The notes beneath the pieces were generated by a model, which was not told where the DNA came from, made no database searches, and saw only the letters and a program-made list of their open reading frames with translations. Shown one piece after another: positions 20,284 through 30,146 of a stretch of DNA of 64,000 bases (position 1 is the stretch's first letter; each line of letters begins with the position of its first letter). This DNA comes from an uncultured cyanobacterium (lineage in GTDB: Bacteria; Cyanobacteriota; Cyanobacteriia; PCC-9006; JAAUQQ01): contig OY970368.1 in the NCBI GenBank assembly GCA_963718615.1, positions 3,360,001 through 3,424,000 on the forward strand, given 5' to 3'. Both the position numbers and the translations under genes were made by a program.

Positions 20284-22896
20284 ATGAGTTACGGCCATGT
20301 TTCCGATCTAGCATCTCCTAGGAGCCAGCCAGGTCGGGATGCTGCATCCAATTCTCACCCGACCGACCCGATGTCTTCAGGTTGGTCTGAGTTTCAGCAT
20401 CTGTTCCTAACGCTGAATGAAAGCGATGGCTTTTCTCAGCTTAAACTCGTCTTGGAGAGTATGGATGATGCCATTGTTTTGCTTAATGCTCAGAGAGCAC
20501 TCCTCTTTGTCAACTCAGCCGCTAATCATCTTTTAGGAGATGGGGTGCATAGCTTTGTGCAACAAGATTGGGCAATTAGGTTAAGCGAGCTCTATGGAGC
20601 CCAAAAGTCTGCCCCAATCTCTTTGTCTGCTCAATCTTTTCTAGAGTCTACAGATTCTTCCTCCCTTTCAGAGGCAAAACCTAGAGTCTTTAAAATTTAT
20701 AGCACGGATGAGCCCGAGCAATGGATCACAGTTGTTGAACGTCCTCTCCATAATCCTCAACAGCAGTTGCTTGGCAGTTTAATTATTTGCCGTGATATCA
20801 GTGAACATAAGCGGGTTGAGGAAAAGCTGTTACATGATGCTTTCCATGACAAGCTAACGGGATTGCCCAATCGCAATCTACTACTCAAGCAGTTGGAACG
20901 GGCGATCGCCACTACTCAACAATCCTCTAAATATCAATTTTCTGTTTTATTTTTAGATCTTGATCGGTTTAAGGTCATTAATGATAGCCTTGGTCCCATA
21001 GTTGGAGACCAACTACTGATTGCAGTAGCACAACGACTGAAACGTTGCCTAAGGGTAGAAGATATAATTGTGCGCTTAGGCGGTGACGAATTTGCAATTT
21101 TGTTGAATGATATCAAAGATATCAACTATAGTCAGCAGGTTGCTGATCGAGTCAACCAAGAGCTAGTCTTACCCTTTAATCTGAATGGACATGAAGTGTT
21201 CGCGGATGTCAGTATTGGCATTGCGACTGGTGCCCAGGGGTATGAAAAACCAGAAGAAATTTTGCGGGATGCAGACATTGCAATGCACCATGCTAAAGAA
21301 CTGGGAAAATCCTGTTATCAGTTCTTTGATAAAGCGATGCATATCGATGCAGTCAAGCTGCTTCAGCTTGAAAACGATATTCGTCGAGCAGTTGATCGGA
21401 AGGAATTTCAAGTTCACTACCAACCGATCATCTCACTGCACAGCGAGGAAATTGCAGGATTTGAAGCGTTAGCTCGCTGGCGACATCCTCAACAAGGATT
21501 TATTCCTCCCTCAGAATTTATTCCCGTTGCAGAAGAAACAGGTTTAATCATTCCCCTAGGACTTTGGGTTTTACAGGAAAGCTGTTGGCAGATGAAAGTC
21601 TGGCAACTTCAGTTTCCTGAGGCGCACCAATGGACAATCAGCGTCAACATCTCCGGTCGTCAGTTGATGAAGCCACACTTTGTGGAGCATGTAAAGCATA
21701 TCTTAGCTGACACAAATCTCTCTTCTAAAAACCTAAAGCTGGAAATTACTGAGAGTGTTTTACTAAATAGTAATCAAGAGGTTACTTATATCCTAAAACA
21801 GCTTCAATCAATTGGTATTCAGCTTGCAATGGATGACTTTGGCACTGGATATTCTTCGATGAGCTATCTCTTAGATTTTCCATTTAATACGCTTAAAATT
21901 GATCGATCATTTATTAAGAGCATGGAAGGGTCTAGGAAAAAACTAGGCATTGTTCGTTCCATTATTAACATGTCAAGCAATTTAGATATGAATGTCATTG
22001 CTGAGGGTGTTGAAACTATGGGACATCTGGCTCAGCTCAAAGTTTTAAAGTGTGGCTATGGTCAGGGACATTTCTTTGCTAAAGCATTAGACTCTCAATC
22101 TGCTGAAGGGTTTATTATTTCTGAGCTTGCAAAAGTTGGAAGTAATCGTTATTCCGATCTTGAGATGTCGGTTGAAGAACTGCGATCTCGAGAACAACTA
22201 CTTCTACAAATCGAAAGCCTTCAACAGGAATTAAACGAAATTAAGCAAGAGAAAGTCGATCTTGAAATTTTATTGGAAACAGCCACAGAACATGCGAGCA
22301 TTGTCGAACTAGAATTAGAGCAAGAGATTTTCGACTATCAGAAAAACGAAGAGGCTCTTCAAAAAGCCAATCGTGAACTAGAAAATTTATCTAGCCTAGA
22401 TAGCCTAACTCAGTTGGCAAATCGCCGTCGTTTTGATGAATATATCAGAGAACAATGGGATATCTTAGGTCAACAAAACAAGCCACTCTCGCTTATTCTT
22501 TTGGATGTTGACTACTTTAAAAATTATAACGACCATTATGGACATCAAGCTGGAGATAACTGCCTCATTCAAGTTGCCCAAGTGATGATGCAATCTGTCA
22601 AAAGTTCTCAGGATTTAACGGCTCGATATGGTGGCGAAGAATTCGCAGTGATTATGCCTAATACAGGGGCAGGAAGTGCAATTAGAACTGCTGAGCAAAT
22701 CCGCATCACATTAAAATCTCGCCAAATTTCTCATGCCGGATCTCTAGTTGGTGAACATGTTACAGTCAGTCTTGGTATTGTTAGTTTAGTACCAACCGCA
22801 ACGGGCAAACCAAATGCACTGATTGACTTAGCTGATCGCGCACTCTATGAAGCTAAGTCTCAAGGGCGTGATCGGTTTATCTTATTTTCAAGCTAA
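20284..22896 (+). CDS. PAS-GGDEF-EAL-coiled coil-GGDEF c-di-GMP enzyme
   Basis: GGDEF1 'RVED..RLGGDEF'. EAL 'FEALARW' and 'DDFGTGYSS'. Coiled coil 'EKVDLEILLETATEH'. GGDEF2 'RYGGEEF'. Confidence 0.9.
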   Translation: MSYGHVSDLASPRSQPGRDAASNSHPTDPMSSGWSEFQHLFLTLNESDGFSQLKLVLESMDDAIVLLNAQRALLFVNSAANHLLGDGVHSFVQQDWAIRLSELYGAQKSAPISLSAQSFLESTDSSSLSEAKPRVFKIYSTDEPEQWITVVERPLHNPQQQLLGSLIICRDISEHKRVEEKLLHDAFHDKLTGLPNRNLLLKQLERAIATTQQSSKYQFSVLFLDLDRFKVINDSLGPIVGDQLLIAVAQRLKRCLRVEDIIVRLGGDEFAILLNDIKDINYSQQVADRVNQELVLPFNLNGHEVFADVSIGIATGAQGYEKPEEILRDADIAMHHAKELGKSCYQFFDKAMHIDAVKLLQLENDIRRAVDRKEFQVHYQPIISLHSEEIAGFEALARWRHPQQGFIPPSEFIPVAEETGLIIPLGLWVLQESCWQMKVWQLQFPEAHQWTISVNISGRQLMKPHFVEHVKHILADTNLSSKNLKLEITESVLLNSNQEVTYILKQLQSIGIQLAMDDFGTGYSSMSYLLDFPFNTLKIDRSFIKSMEGSRKKLGIVRSIINMSSNLDMNVIAEGVETMGHLAQLKVLKCGYGQGHFFAKALDSQSAEGFIISELAKVGSNRYSDLEMSVEELRSREQLLLQIESLQQELNEIKQEKVDLEILLETATEHASIVELELEQEIFDYQKNEEALQKANRELENLSSLDSLTQLANRRRFDEYIREQWDILGQQNKPLSLILLDVDYFKNYNDHYGHQAGDNCLIQVAQVMMQSVKSSQDLTARYGGEEFAVIMPNTGAGSAIRTAEQIRITLKSRQISHAGSLVGEHVTVSLGIVSLVPTATGKPNALIDLADRALYEAKSQGRDRFILFSS

Positions 22897-23203
22897 ATTA
22901 GTAAAACTATCTTTTCAAAGAGATACCTTTTAATAACATTTTGATGGACTGTATGAGTGCAAAACTAAATCATTAAAAATTGAGAAAGCTATTTACTTCT
23001 CTACAGACAATTATTAATCAATGCCTTTGGGTCTGATGAACGACATCTACTGGTGCGAATATATCGAGAATTTAAAAAGAAAAAACTAGATTTATAGGCT
23101 CACAAGGCATTGGCAAGGCATTAGCAATGTCTTACCTCCAAAAAGCATAGACTCGACAACCTCCCAAATATTCTAAACAGCCAATAAAGAGAAGAAAAAA
23201 CTT

Positions 23204-23551
23204 TTATTGTATTTCTAGTTTCAGGCTTGGCATCAAACGTTGTAAATTCTTTAGAGATTTACCCTGCCAAGGAATCTCTTCGTTACCTAGCACAGTTAAT
23301 TGAACTGTTTTACGCTTCCTAATGTTGATTACAAACTTAGATAATAAGCTAATTCCCAAGCTATTTAGGAACTGGAGCGAGCGTAAGTCAATTATAATTA
23401 GAGACGACTCTTGGTCTGCCATGGCTTCTAACATAGAGATAATTTGTTGATAATCAGGCTCACTGCCTTGAAATCTCATCGAGCCTTCCAGTCGGATAGT
23501 TGCTTGATTAGAATCGTAAAAGACACAATATTTTTCATGGGAAATTTTCAT
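23204..23551 (-). CDS. STAS-like / SiaC-like (Slr1659-type) partner-switch protein
   Basis: 115 aa. 'IDLRSLQFLNSLGISLLSKFV' carries a STAS-type phosphoacceptor helix, plus 'PWQGKSLKNLQRL'. Alternative start 23599. Confidence 0.75.
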   Translation of the reverse strand: MKISHEKYCVFYDSNQATIRLEGSMRFQGSEPDYQQIISMLEAMADQESSLIIIDLRSLQFLNSLGISLLSKFVINIRKRKTVQLTVLGNEEIPWQGKSLKNLQRLMPSLKLEIQ

Positions 23552-23667
23552 ATGTAATACTTCTTTGAATGGAGATTGAGAACTAGGCATGATATTCAAA
23601 AAATGTGAAGCAGAAAGGATCGTTAACAGCTTTAAAGATGACCAAATCGAACAGTAGTCCTATAAGT

Positions 23668-24267
23668 CTAAATAGCTAGTTGTACCATAGTCGTAACCGT
23701 TATACTATCCTGACTAGTCGACTCATATTCAAACTTCCAGCCTAACTTTGCCGAATAGTCATTTAGCATAGTAAGTAGACCCAGCCCAGAATCAATATGA
23801 TTTTCAGCATTTCTTTCGAGCTGACGAATATAAAGCTCTTCTGGATCTGAATTGACAACCTCTTCAATATAGCGTTGGAAACTTAAAACTGAATGCGGAT
23901 TGATACTGTTTTTGATAAAGAAGATAATTTTGTCGACATCAAAGCAGAGACGAATTTGCGTATAGTCTACTTGGTTTTTATAACTAAACTTCATCGCATT
24001 TTCCAATAGCTCGTTGGCAATGAAGCTTACTGCATCTTTAATTTCAGCTTGTTTTTTCTGAGCCGCAAGATCTTCGTCCTTAATTGGTAAACAAGTTACA
24101 AGATAATCAGCGAGGAAATCAGCAGATATACCATTATTGCGCCATCTTTTCCTAGGAGGAGCACTACTAGGTGTGAAATGCAAAACTAGCTGCTCTCTGC
24201 AAGGAGGTAAGGCATCAATAAAATCACCAAACGTTGTAGCTGTTGGTATTATATTTCTGATAGTCAT
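23668..24267 (-). CDS. GHKL-fold anti-sigma-like Ser/Thr kinase (SiaB-like / Slr1658-type)
   Basis: 'WRNNGISADFLADY', N-box 'NELLENAMKF', G-box 'SGLGLLTM'. Confidence 0.78.
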   Translation of the reverse strand: MTIRNIIPTATTFGDFIDALPPCREQLVLHFTPSSAPPRKRWRNNGISADFLADYLVTCLPIKDEDLAAQKKQAEIKDAVSFIANELLENAMKFSYKNQVDYTQIRLCFDVDKIIFFIKNSINPHSVLSFQRYIEEVVNSDPEELYIRQLERNAENHIDSGLGLLTMLNDYSAKLGWKFEYESTSQDSITVTTMVQLAI

Positions 24268-24295
24268 TGTTTTTCCTCGGAGTAGTTAATTAGTT

Positions 24296-26098
24296 TCAGT
24301 TTTTACGTTTAATAACTAAAAGTGTAATGTCATCGTAAATTTTACTATTGTCGATATGATCGTATAAGTCCTTAATTACAGTATCCTTAATTTCTAAAGC
24401 TGATTGATGACGGCATTGATTGATGCGATCGCACATTCGTTCCAGACCATACAACTTTCCCTCTTTACTCTCCGCTTCTGTAACACCATCAGTATAAAGA
24501 ACAATAACGTCTCCTGGATGAATATAAACCTCGGTTTGATCAATAAAATCAAGAATCTCCTCTTCAAGTCCAATGGGAAAACCCAAATCAACTGTACTAA
24601 TTTGATTAATTTTTCCAGATTGAGTAAAGATTAATACTTCCTCATGCTGTCCACTTATCTTTAAACGCCCCTCATTATAGTCAACTAGCATCAACGTCAG
24701 ATTTTTATCAGTTTCCATCCTCTTAATGTTGTGAAATATGGTTCGATTAACAACATCAAGAATTCGATTTTGTTCCGTTTCTCCATTCTCAATCAATGTT
24801 CGAATTGTGGTCTGGACCATTAACATTAACACGCCACTTTCTAGGCCGTGTCCCGTTACGTCTCCTATACCAATCCGAATAGAGTCTCCATAGCAAATCA
24901 CGTCATAATAATCTCCTCCAACTTCTTCCGCAGGCGTCATAAATCCTGCAATTTCCAGATCCTCAATTTTGGCAAGCTCTTTTTCTTTTGGAAGGATCAT
25001 TTGCTGTAACTTTTGTGTGATTTCTAATTCAGCATTTAGTCGTGTATTTTCTTGTTCTAGCTTTTGATTTAATGTTGTAATTTCATGATTAGCTTGTGCA
25101 AGTTGGTCGAGATATGAAGTTTCTTGATCTCGTAATCTTTTCTTCTCAAGACAAGCATCTACACGTGCTTTGAGTAAAACTGGATTAAAGGGCTTTGCTA
25201 GATAGTCTTCTGCCCCCATTTCAATGCATTTAACGACACTATCAATTTCGTCTAAAGATGAAATCATAATTACAGGTAAATATCGCCAATCGCTGTTTCT
25301 TAGCCATTTTAATACCTGATATCCATTAATCTCTGGCATAATAACATCGAGCAACACTAAATCAAAGCTGCCTGACGTAATTGCTTGAATTGCTTCTAAT
25401 CCACTCGAAACTTCTGTTTTCTGATGCCCTTGTCGCTGAACATATCGACTTAGTAAATCTCGATTGACAGCGTTGTTATCAACAATCAAAATATGAGATT
25501 TATAACTTAGATCAGACTTGTGTTCAGTATCTTTATTCTTAGAATGACAGTTTATTTCTTGTCTGTAGTCGGATAGAGAAGGCGAGAAGTCTGAAATATT
25601 TTCTTGTTGCTTTTGAGTCGAAAACTTTAATGGCATTGTAACTGAGCTTTGTTGGATCAAGTCTTGAAAGAGACAAGCTGCAACTTCTATTTTCTCAACA
25701 TCAGCCCTGAAGGATTTAGGTGCTAAAGGTTTAAGATTTTGGCACTTTTCCAGCAATGGCTGAGCCAAAGGCTGCAACCGTGCTCGAACCCAATGTTTTG
25801 CACAATTCGATATCTCAAAAGCTATATTTTCGTCAATGACAAACTCATCTTGCAATGATTCTATCGTTAAACCGCGACCAATATAGGATACTAAATGTTT
25901 GTTCTTTAGTGAGATCTCATGTAACTGTGACGATAGGATTTGGATATCTTGCAGATCAACTGATTCTTCCAACTCCTCTATTAATAGCTCACTGTAGCCT
26001 TGAATTGCATTTAAAGGCGTATAAAGCTCATGTCTAAAATGAGCAATCCATGAGCTATAGTCTATTAGTTCAGCATCTAATGCTTGAGACACATTCAT
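24296..26098 (-). CDS. HisKA-REC-PP2C (SpoIIE/RsbU-like) phosphatase
   Basis: 'HELYTPLNAIQGYSELL'. REC 'LLDVIMP...AKPF'. PP2C 'GGDYYD', 'GDVTGHG', 'YTDG', 'DDIT'. Confidence 0.88.
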   Translation of the reverse strand: MNVSQALDAELIDYSSWIAHFRHELYTPLNAIQGYSELLIEELEESVDLQDIQILSSQLHEISLKNKHLVSYIGRGLTIESLQDEFVIDENIAFEISNCAKHWVRARLQPLAQPLLEKCQNLKPLAPKSFRADVEKIEVAACLFQDLIQQSSVTMPLKFSTQKQQENISDFSPSLSDYRQEINCHSKNKDTEHKSDLSYKSHILIVDNNAVNRDLLSRYVQRQGHQKTEVSSGLEAIQAITSGSFDLVLLDVIMPEINGYQVLKWLRNSDWRYLPVIMISSLDEIDSVVKCIEMGAEDYLAKPFNPVLLKARVDACLEKKRLRDQETSYLDQLAQANHEITTLNQKLEQENTRLNAELEITQKLQQMILPKEKELAKIEDLEIAGFMTPAEEVGGDYYDVICYGDSIRIGIGDVTGHGLESGVLMLMVQTTIRTLIENGETEQNRILDVVNRTIFHNIKRMETDKNLTLMLVDYNEGRLKISGQHEEVLIFTQSGKINQISTVDLGFPIGLEEEILDFIDQTEVYIHPGDVIVLYTDGVTEAESKEGKLYGLERMCDRINQCRHQSALEIKDTVIKDLYDHIDNSKIYDDITLLVIKRKN

Positions 26099-26100
26099 AG

Positions 26101-26487
26101 CTACTCGTTTGAATAGGGCTGCGTTTTTTTGAGCAATGCTTCGATTTTACTAATCAGGCGTTTTAGATCTACTGGCTTAGTATCATAGTCATCACAACCG
26201 GCTTCTAGTGCCTTTTCGCGATCGCCTGACATTGCATGAGCAGTTAATGCAATAATCGGAATAGATTGAGTTTGAGGATTAAATTTAATATAACGCGTTG
26301 CTTCCCATCCATCTAAAATAGGTAAGCTCATATCCATTAAGACTAAGTCAGGTTTTTCTGCAATACTCATTGTCACACCTTGGGCCCCATCGGAAGCAAT
26401 TGCAACCTCGTAGCCACGTCGACTTAATCGTCGAGACAGCATATCTTGATTCATTTCGTTGTCTTCAACCAGAAGTAGCTTTACCAT
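26101..26487 (-). CDS. Single-domain response regulator (DivK/CheY-like)
   Basis: 'LLVEDN', 'LMDMSLP', 'LTAHAM', 'TKP'. Stop lies 2 nt from the next start. Confidence 0.92.
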   Translation of the reverse strand: MVKLLLVEDNEMNQDMLSRRLSRRGYEVAIASDGAQGVTMSIAEKPDLVLMDMSLPILDGWEATRYIKFNPQTQSIPIIALTAHAMSGDREKALEAGCDDYDTKPVDLKRLISKIEALLKKTQPYSNE

Positions 26488-26548
26488 AAATTTAAAGGTC
26501 AAAATTCTTAAAAAGATTAGGGAAATAGGCAAAAGTTTAAATCTCCAA

Positions 26549-29026
26549 CTAAGATATATATGGTATTAGTAATTGAGAGTTTTCTTTTAACCTTTCCTGT
26601 CTTTCTATTGCTTTTAATAATAGATCTTTTAATGTTGAAAGGAGAATCTTGCTTTCGCATAAATCTTTAATTAAAATTTCCTCAACTTGTCCTTGCAAAC
26701 TTTGACGTTCAATGAAAGTTAGATCTTTAGCAGTCATTAAGATAACTGGGATTGCATCATAGAGACTATCCTGCCGTAAAGCCTGTAAAAACTCAAAACC
26801 ATTCATTTTAGGCATCAAAAGATCTAATATAATTAAATTAGGATAGAAACCTGAATTTAATAGATGAAGACCTTCTATACCATTTTCAGCCGTTTTGACT
26901 ATCCAACCTGCTGGTTCAAGTTGATGCGTTAATAAGTCTCGAATGATAGGATCGTCATCAATGAGCAGGATTTCTCGATTTTCTCCCTCTTGACAACAGC
27001 GTTGTAAAACCTCATATAGTCTTTGACGATCTATTGGCTTTGTTAAATATTCTGAGGCACCGAGCGCATATCCTCGACTCTGATCGTTTACAAAACTCAT
27101 CATAATAACAGGAACCTCAGCTAGTTCTGAGTCGCTCTTAATCTGACTTAAAACAGACCAACCATCAATATCAGGCAAAATTACATCCAAGGTAATTGCC
27201 TGAGGACGGATTTCCCGAGCTAATCGTAGGCCCTCACTTCCTGTCGTAACAGTTTGTACAGCAAATCCCTGTTTAACAAGAAAACGACGCATAATGTCGT
27301 GAACGGCTAGATCATCATCTATGACTAATATCGTTTTTTGTAAGTTAGGCTTTGAAAAGTCTTCGTTTTCCTGGACAACACTTAAATTATTTTTATGGAT
27401 ATCAACCTTTCTAGGTAGTTGAATTATAAATGTGGAACCCTCTCTCAATTGACTGTCTACTTTAATGCTTCCTCCCATCATTAAACAGAACTCCTTAGTA
27501 ATTGCTAATCCAAGTCCTGTTCCTCCATACTTACGGGTAGTAGAAGCATCTGCTTGAGAAAATGCTTGAAATAACTTATTTTGCTGCTCAATCGTCATTC
27601 CAATACCCGTATCTCGAACTTTAAATAGAATCAAGTTTTGATCACTATCTTGATCCTCGACGATTTCTAAATAAATTTTTCCACAACTTGTAAACTTACT
27701 TGCATTGCTCAGTAAGTTTAGTAAGCATTGGCGAATTTTAGTTAGATCAGCATACATTTCGCCAATATCGACAGCACATTCTATAATCAACTGATTTTGC
27801 TGTTTATCTATTAATGGATGTACTGTTGTAACGACGTCCTCTATTAAATCTTGAATTGAAAAAGTTTCTAAGTAAACTTCCATTCGGCCTGCTTCTATTT
27901 TAGATAAATCTAAAATATCGTTGATCAGACCTAGCAAATGCTTTCCCGCACTATGAATTTTAACTAAATCTGGGACAAAATCTTCTTCGCCTAAATCAAG
28001 CGCCTCTTCATGCAGCATCTCACTGTATCCAATAATTGCATTAAGTGGTGTTCGTAGCTCATGACTCATATTGGCAAGAAACATACTCTTCGCCTGATTT
28101 GCCTCTTCTGCAGCGGCTTTTGCCTCACGAGCTTCTTCAATGCTATCCGCTAACTCTGTAGTTCGCTGAATGACCTTCTGTTCTAGAGTTCGATTATAGT
28201 CTGCTAAATCTTCTTTTGCCTTTTCCAAGTCAATTTGGCTACTTTCTAGAGCTTCTGTTTTATTTTGAATCATGCTAGCCATTTGATCAAACGCACGGGA
28301 AATTGTTGCGAGTTCATCAGACCCCTTGAGCTGAGCACGCACACTTAAGATTCCCTCTGATAATAAGTTACTGGCTGAGACTAACCTGGCAGCACGTCGA
28401 GTTAAGACCTCTTCAAAAAAGAACCAAACTGCTATACAAAGAAGGGTAAGAACAAAGGTGGATTCTAGCGATCGCTTTAAAGCATCTCCATAGGTCTGTT
28501 GGCGTAGGCGCTTTAAGTCATAATCTAGGAACAAAATACCAATTTTTGAGGGTAATATTTCGCCTGGATCTGACTTGAAAGCAACTGGATATAGGGCTTG
28601 AATAGATTGATGATCTGGACTGATTAAAACTTCACCTGCCTGCATTTGACGAATTTTTTCTATCTTTACATGGAGTTGATCTGCGGGAGTTTCTTCAATT
28701 GAAAGACCCTTGAGAAGCTGAGATGTCGTTAGAAGTACCTTATTTTGATCATCGAAGAGAATCGCAGACTTTAATTCAACTTCGTCTTCTAACTGACTGA
28801 TCATAAGAGCAGCACCATCCCCGCTGACGCGACGATACAAGTATTCCAAGATACCAGAGGTATGGTCGCCCATAAATCTGACGTAGTTGCTTACATTTTG
28901 CTCATTGCGACGATGAGCGAGGTATACTTCACGCCGAAATGAGTAAAAGCTAGAAAAACTACCTAAGATTAGTAAAATTAACGGAATTGAAAGGCGTAGG
29001 GGTGGTGGAAACCGCTTTGACATCAT
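26549..29026 (-). CDS. Membrane hybrid sensor histidine kinase (TM-periplasmic-TM-HAMP-HisKA-HATPase-REC-REC)
   Basis: Two TM segments, HAMP '[13 protein letters not shown]', '[12 protein letters not shown]', '[10 protein letters not shown]', 'DTGIG', 'GGTGLGL', two receivers. Confidence 0.92.
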   Translation of the reverse strand: MMSKRFPPPLRLSIPLILLILGSFSSFYSFRREVYLAHRRNEQNVSNYVRFMGDHTSGILEYLYRRVSGDGAALMISQLEDEVELKSAILFDDQNKVLLTTSQLLKGLSIEETPADQLHVKIEKIRQMQAGEVLISPDHQSIQALYPVAFKSDPGEILPSKIGILFLDYDLKRLRQQTYGDALKRSLESTFVLTLLCIAVWFFFEEVLTRRAARLVSASNLLSEGILSVRAQLKGSDELATISRAFDQMASMIQNKTEALESSQIDLEKAKEDLADYNRTLEQKVIQRTTELADSIEEAREAKAAAEEANQAKSMFLANMSHELRTPLNAIIGYSEMLHEEALDLGEEDFVPDLVKIHSAGKHLLGLINDILDLSKIEAGRMEVYLETFSIQDLIEDVVTTVHPLIDKQQNQLIIECAVDIGEMYADLTKIRQCLLNLLSNASKFTSCGKIYLEIVEDQDSDQNLILFKVRDTGIGMTIEQQNKLFQAFSQADASTTRKYGGTGLGLAITKEFCLMMGGSIKVDSQLREGSTFIIQLPRKVDIHKNNLSVVQENEDFSKPNLQKTILVIDDDLAVHDIMRRFLVKQGFAVQTVTTGSEGLRLAREIRPQAITLDVILPDIDGWSVLSQIKSDSELAEVPVIMMSFVNDQSRGYALGASEYLTKPIDRQRLYEVLQRCCQEGENREILLIDDDPIIRDLLTHQLEPAGWIVKTAENGIEGLHLLNSGFYPNLIILDLLMPKMNGFEFLQALRQDSLYDAIPVILMTAKDLTFIERQSLQGQVEEILIKDLCESKILLSTLKDLLLKAIERQERLKENSQLLIPYIS

Positions 29027-29064
29027 CAGCTCCTAAGAAAGGACAAACAACAATCGTTGTTTGA

Positions 29065-30093
29065 CTAAGGACGAATACTTTTGATGACGCTGTCGTCCAT
29101 CAGTAGAGTTGGATCAACTGTCTTTTTCAATAAACCGTTCTGTTTCATAATTGTTACAAGATGTTTTGAGCTTTGTACTAAAGTAGATTCTTGACTTCCT
29201 AATAGAGTTTTATTTTCTTCTAGACTCGGGACTCTTACTCCTTTTAAGGATGCTAAGAAGTCTGTAGACGACATATTGTAATCAGCAGCCAAGAGTTCAG
29301 CAGATTTTTGAGGATTTGCTTCTAGATATTCTTGAGCCTTAAACCATCCTTCCAGTAGGTGTTTTAGATTACGATGTTGATTTTTGAGCGTCTCTGTATG
29401 CACACCCAGAACATCGACAATCTCTCCAGGAATCTGGCTACTATCAAATAGGTGATTTGCACCTTCCGTAACCAGTCGAGAGCTCATCGGTTCATAGGTC
29501 ACTAATCCATCAACCTTGTCTTTTTTAAAGGCTTGACCATGTTCGAAGGTTGCCAAAGGGACGATTTGCAAATCCTTAGTTGAAAGATTTACGGTTTCTA
29601 GAGCTCGGGTTAGAAGAAACGCACCTAATCCTGATGATTCAACGCCGACTCGCTTCCCTGATAGTTCCTTTAAACTGGAAATGTCAGGCTTGCCTAAAAT
29701 CGCATCGGCTCCATGGGAGCTGTCAATAACTAAGACAAAGCGCATATCCTGCATGACCTCAGCGATTGGCATTGCATCGTTCATCGTCAATGCAACGGCG
29801 TCAAGTTCACCATTTCGAAAGGCTTTGAACATTGCACTATTGGAAGAATAGGTTGTTAGGTTGGCAACATTAGAATCGTAATACTTTAAGTCCTTTGCAA
29901 GATAAAAGCTTGCATATCCTGGCCAAACAACAACACCTATCCTGATAGGATTTTCTCCAATTTGAATACAGGACGGCAAAGAAACGGTACAGAACAAAGA
30001 AACGAGAAGAAGGGAAATCCATTGAACTTTCAATTGAGAAGCAAACAACTTGATACAAGACAAAGTTTTTGCTTTCAAGAGACTTAGATCCAT
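29065..30093 (-). CDS. NMT1/SsuA-like periplasmic substrate-binding lipoprotein
   Basis: Lipobox-like 'SLPSC', 'IGVVVWPGY..FYLA', 'D.S.GADAI', 'TYEP', 'PGEIVDVL'. Confidence 0.85.
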   Translation of the reverse strand: MDLSLLKAKTLSCIKLFASQLKVQWISLLLVSLFCTVSLPSCIQIGENPIRIGVVVWPGYASFYLAKDLKYYDSNVANLTTYSSNSAMFKAFRNGELDAVALTMNDAMPIAEVMQDMRFVLVIDSSHGADAILGKPDISSLKELSGKRVGVESSGLGAFLLTRALETVNLSTKDLQIVPLATFEHGQAFKKDKVDGLVTYEPMSSRLVTEGANHLFDSSQIPGEIVDVLGVHTETLKNQHRNLKHLLEGWFKAQEYLEANPQKSAELLAADYNMSSTDFLASLKGVRVPSLEENKTLLGSQESTLVQSSKHLVTIMKQNGLLKKTVDPTLLMDDSVIKSIRP

Positions 30094-30146
30094 GACTCAA
30101 TACCTCAAAAATAAAGAGAAAAACTATATTGGTTTATTAATGAAAC

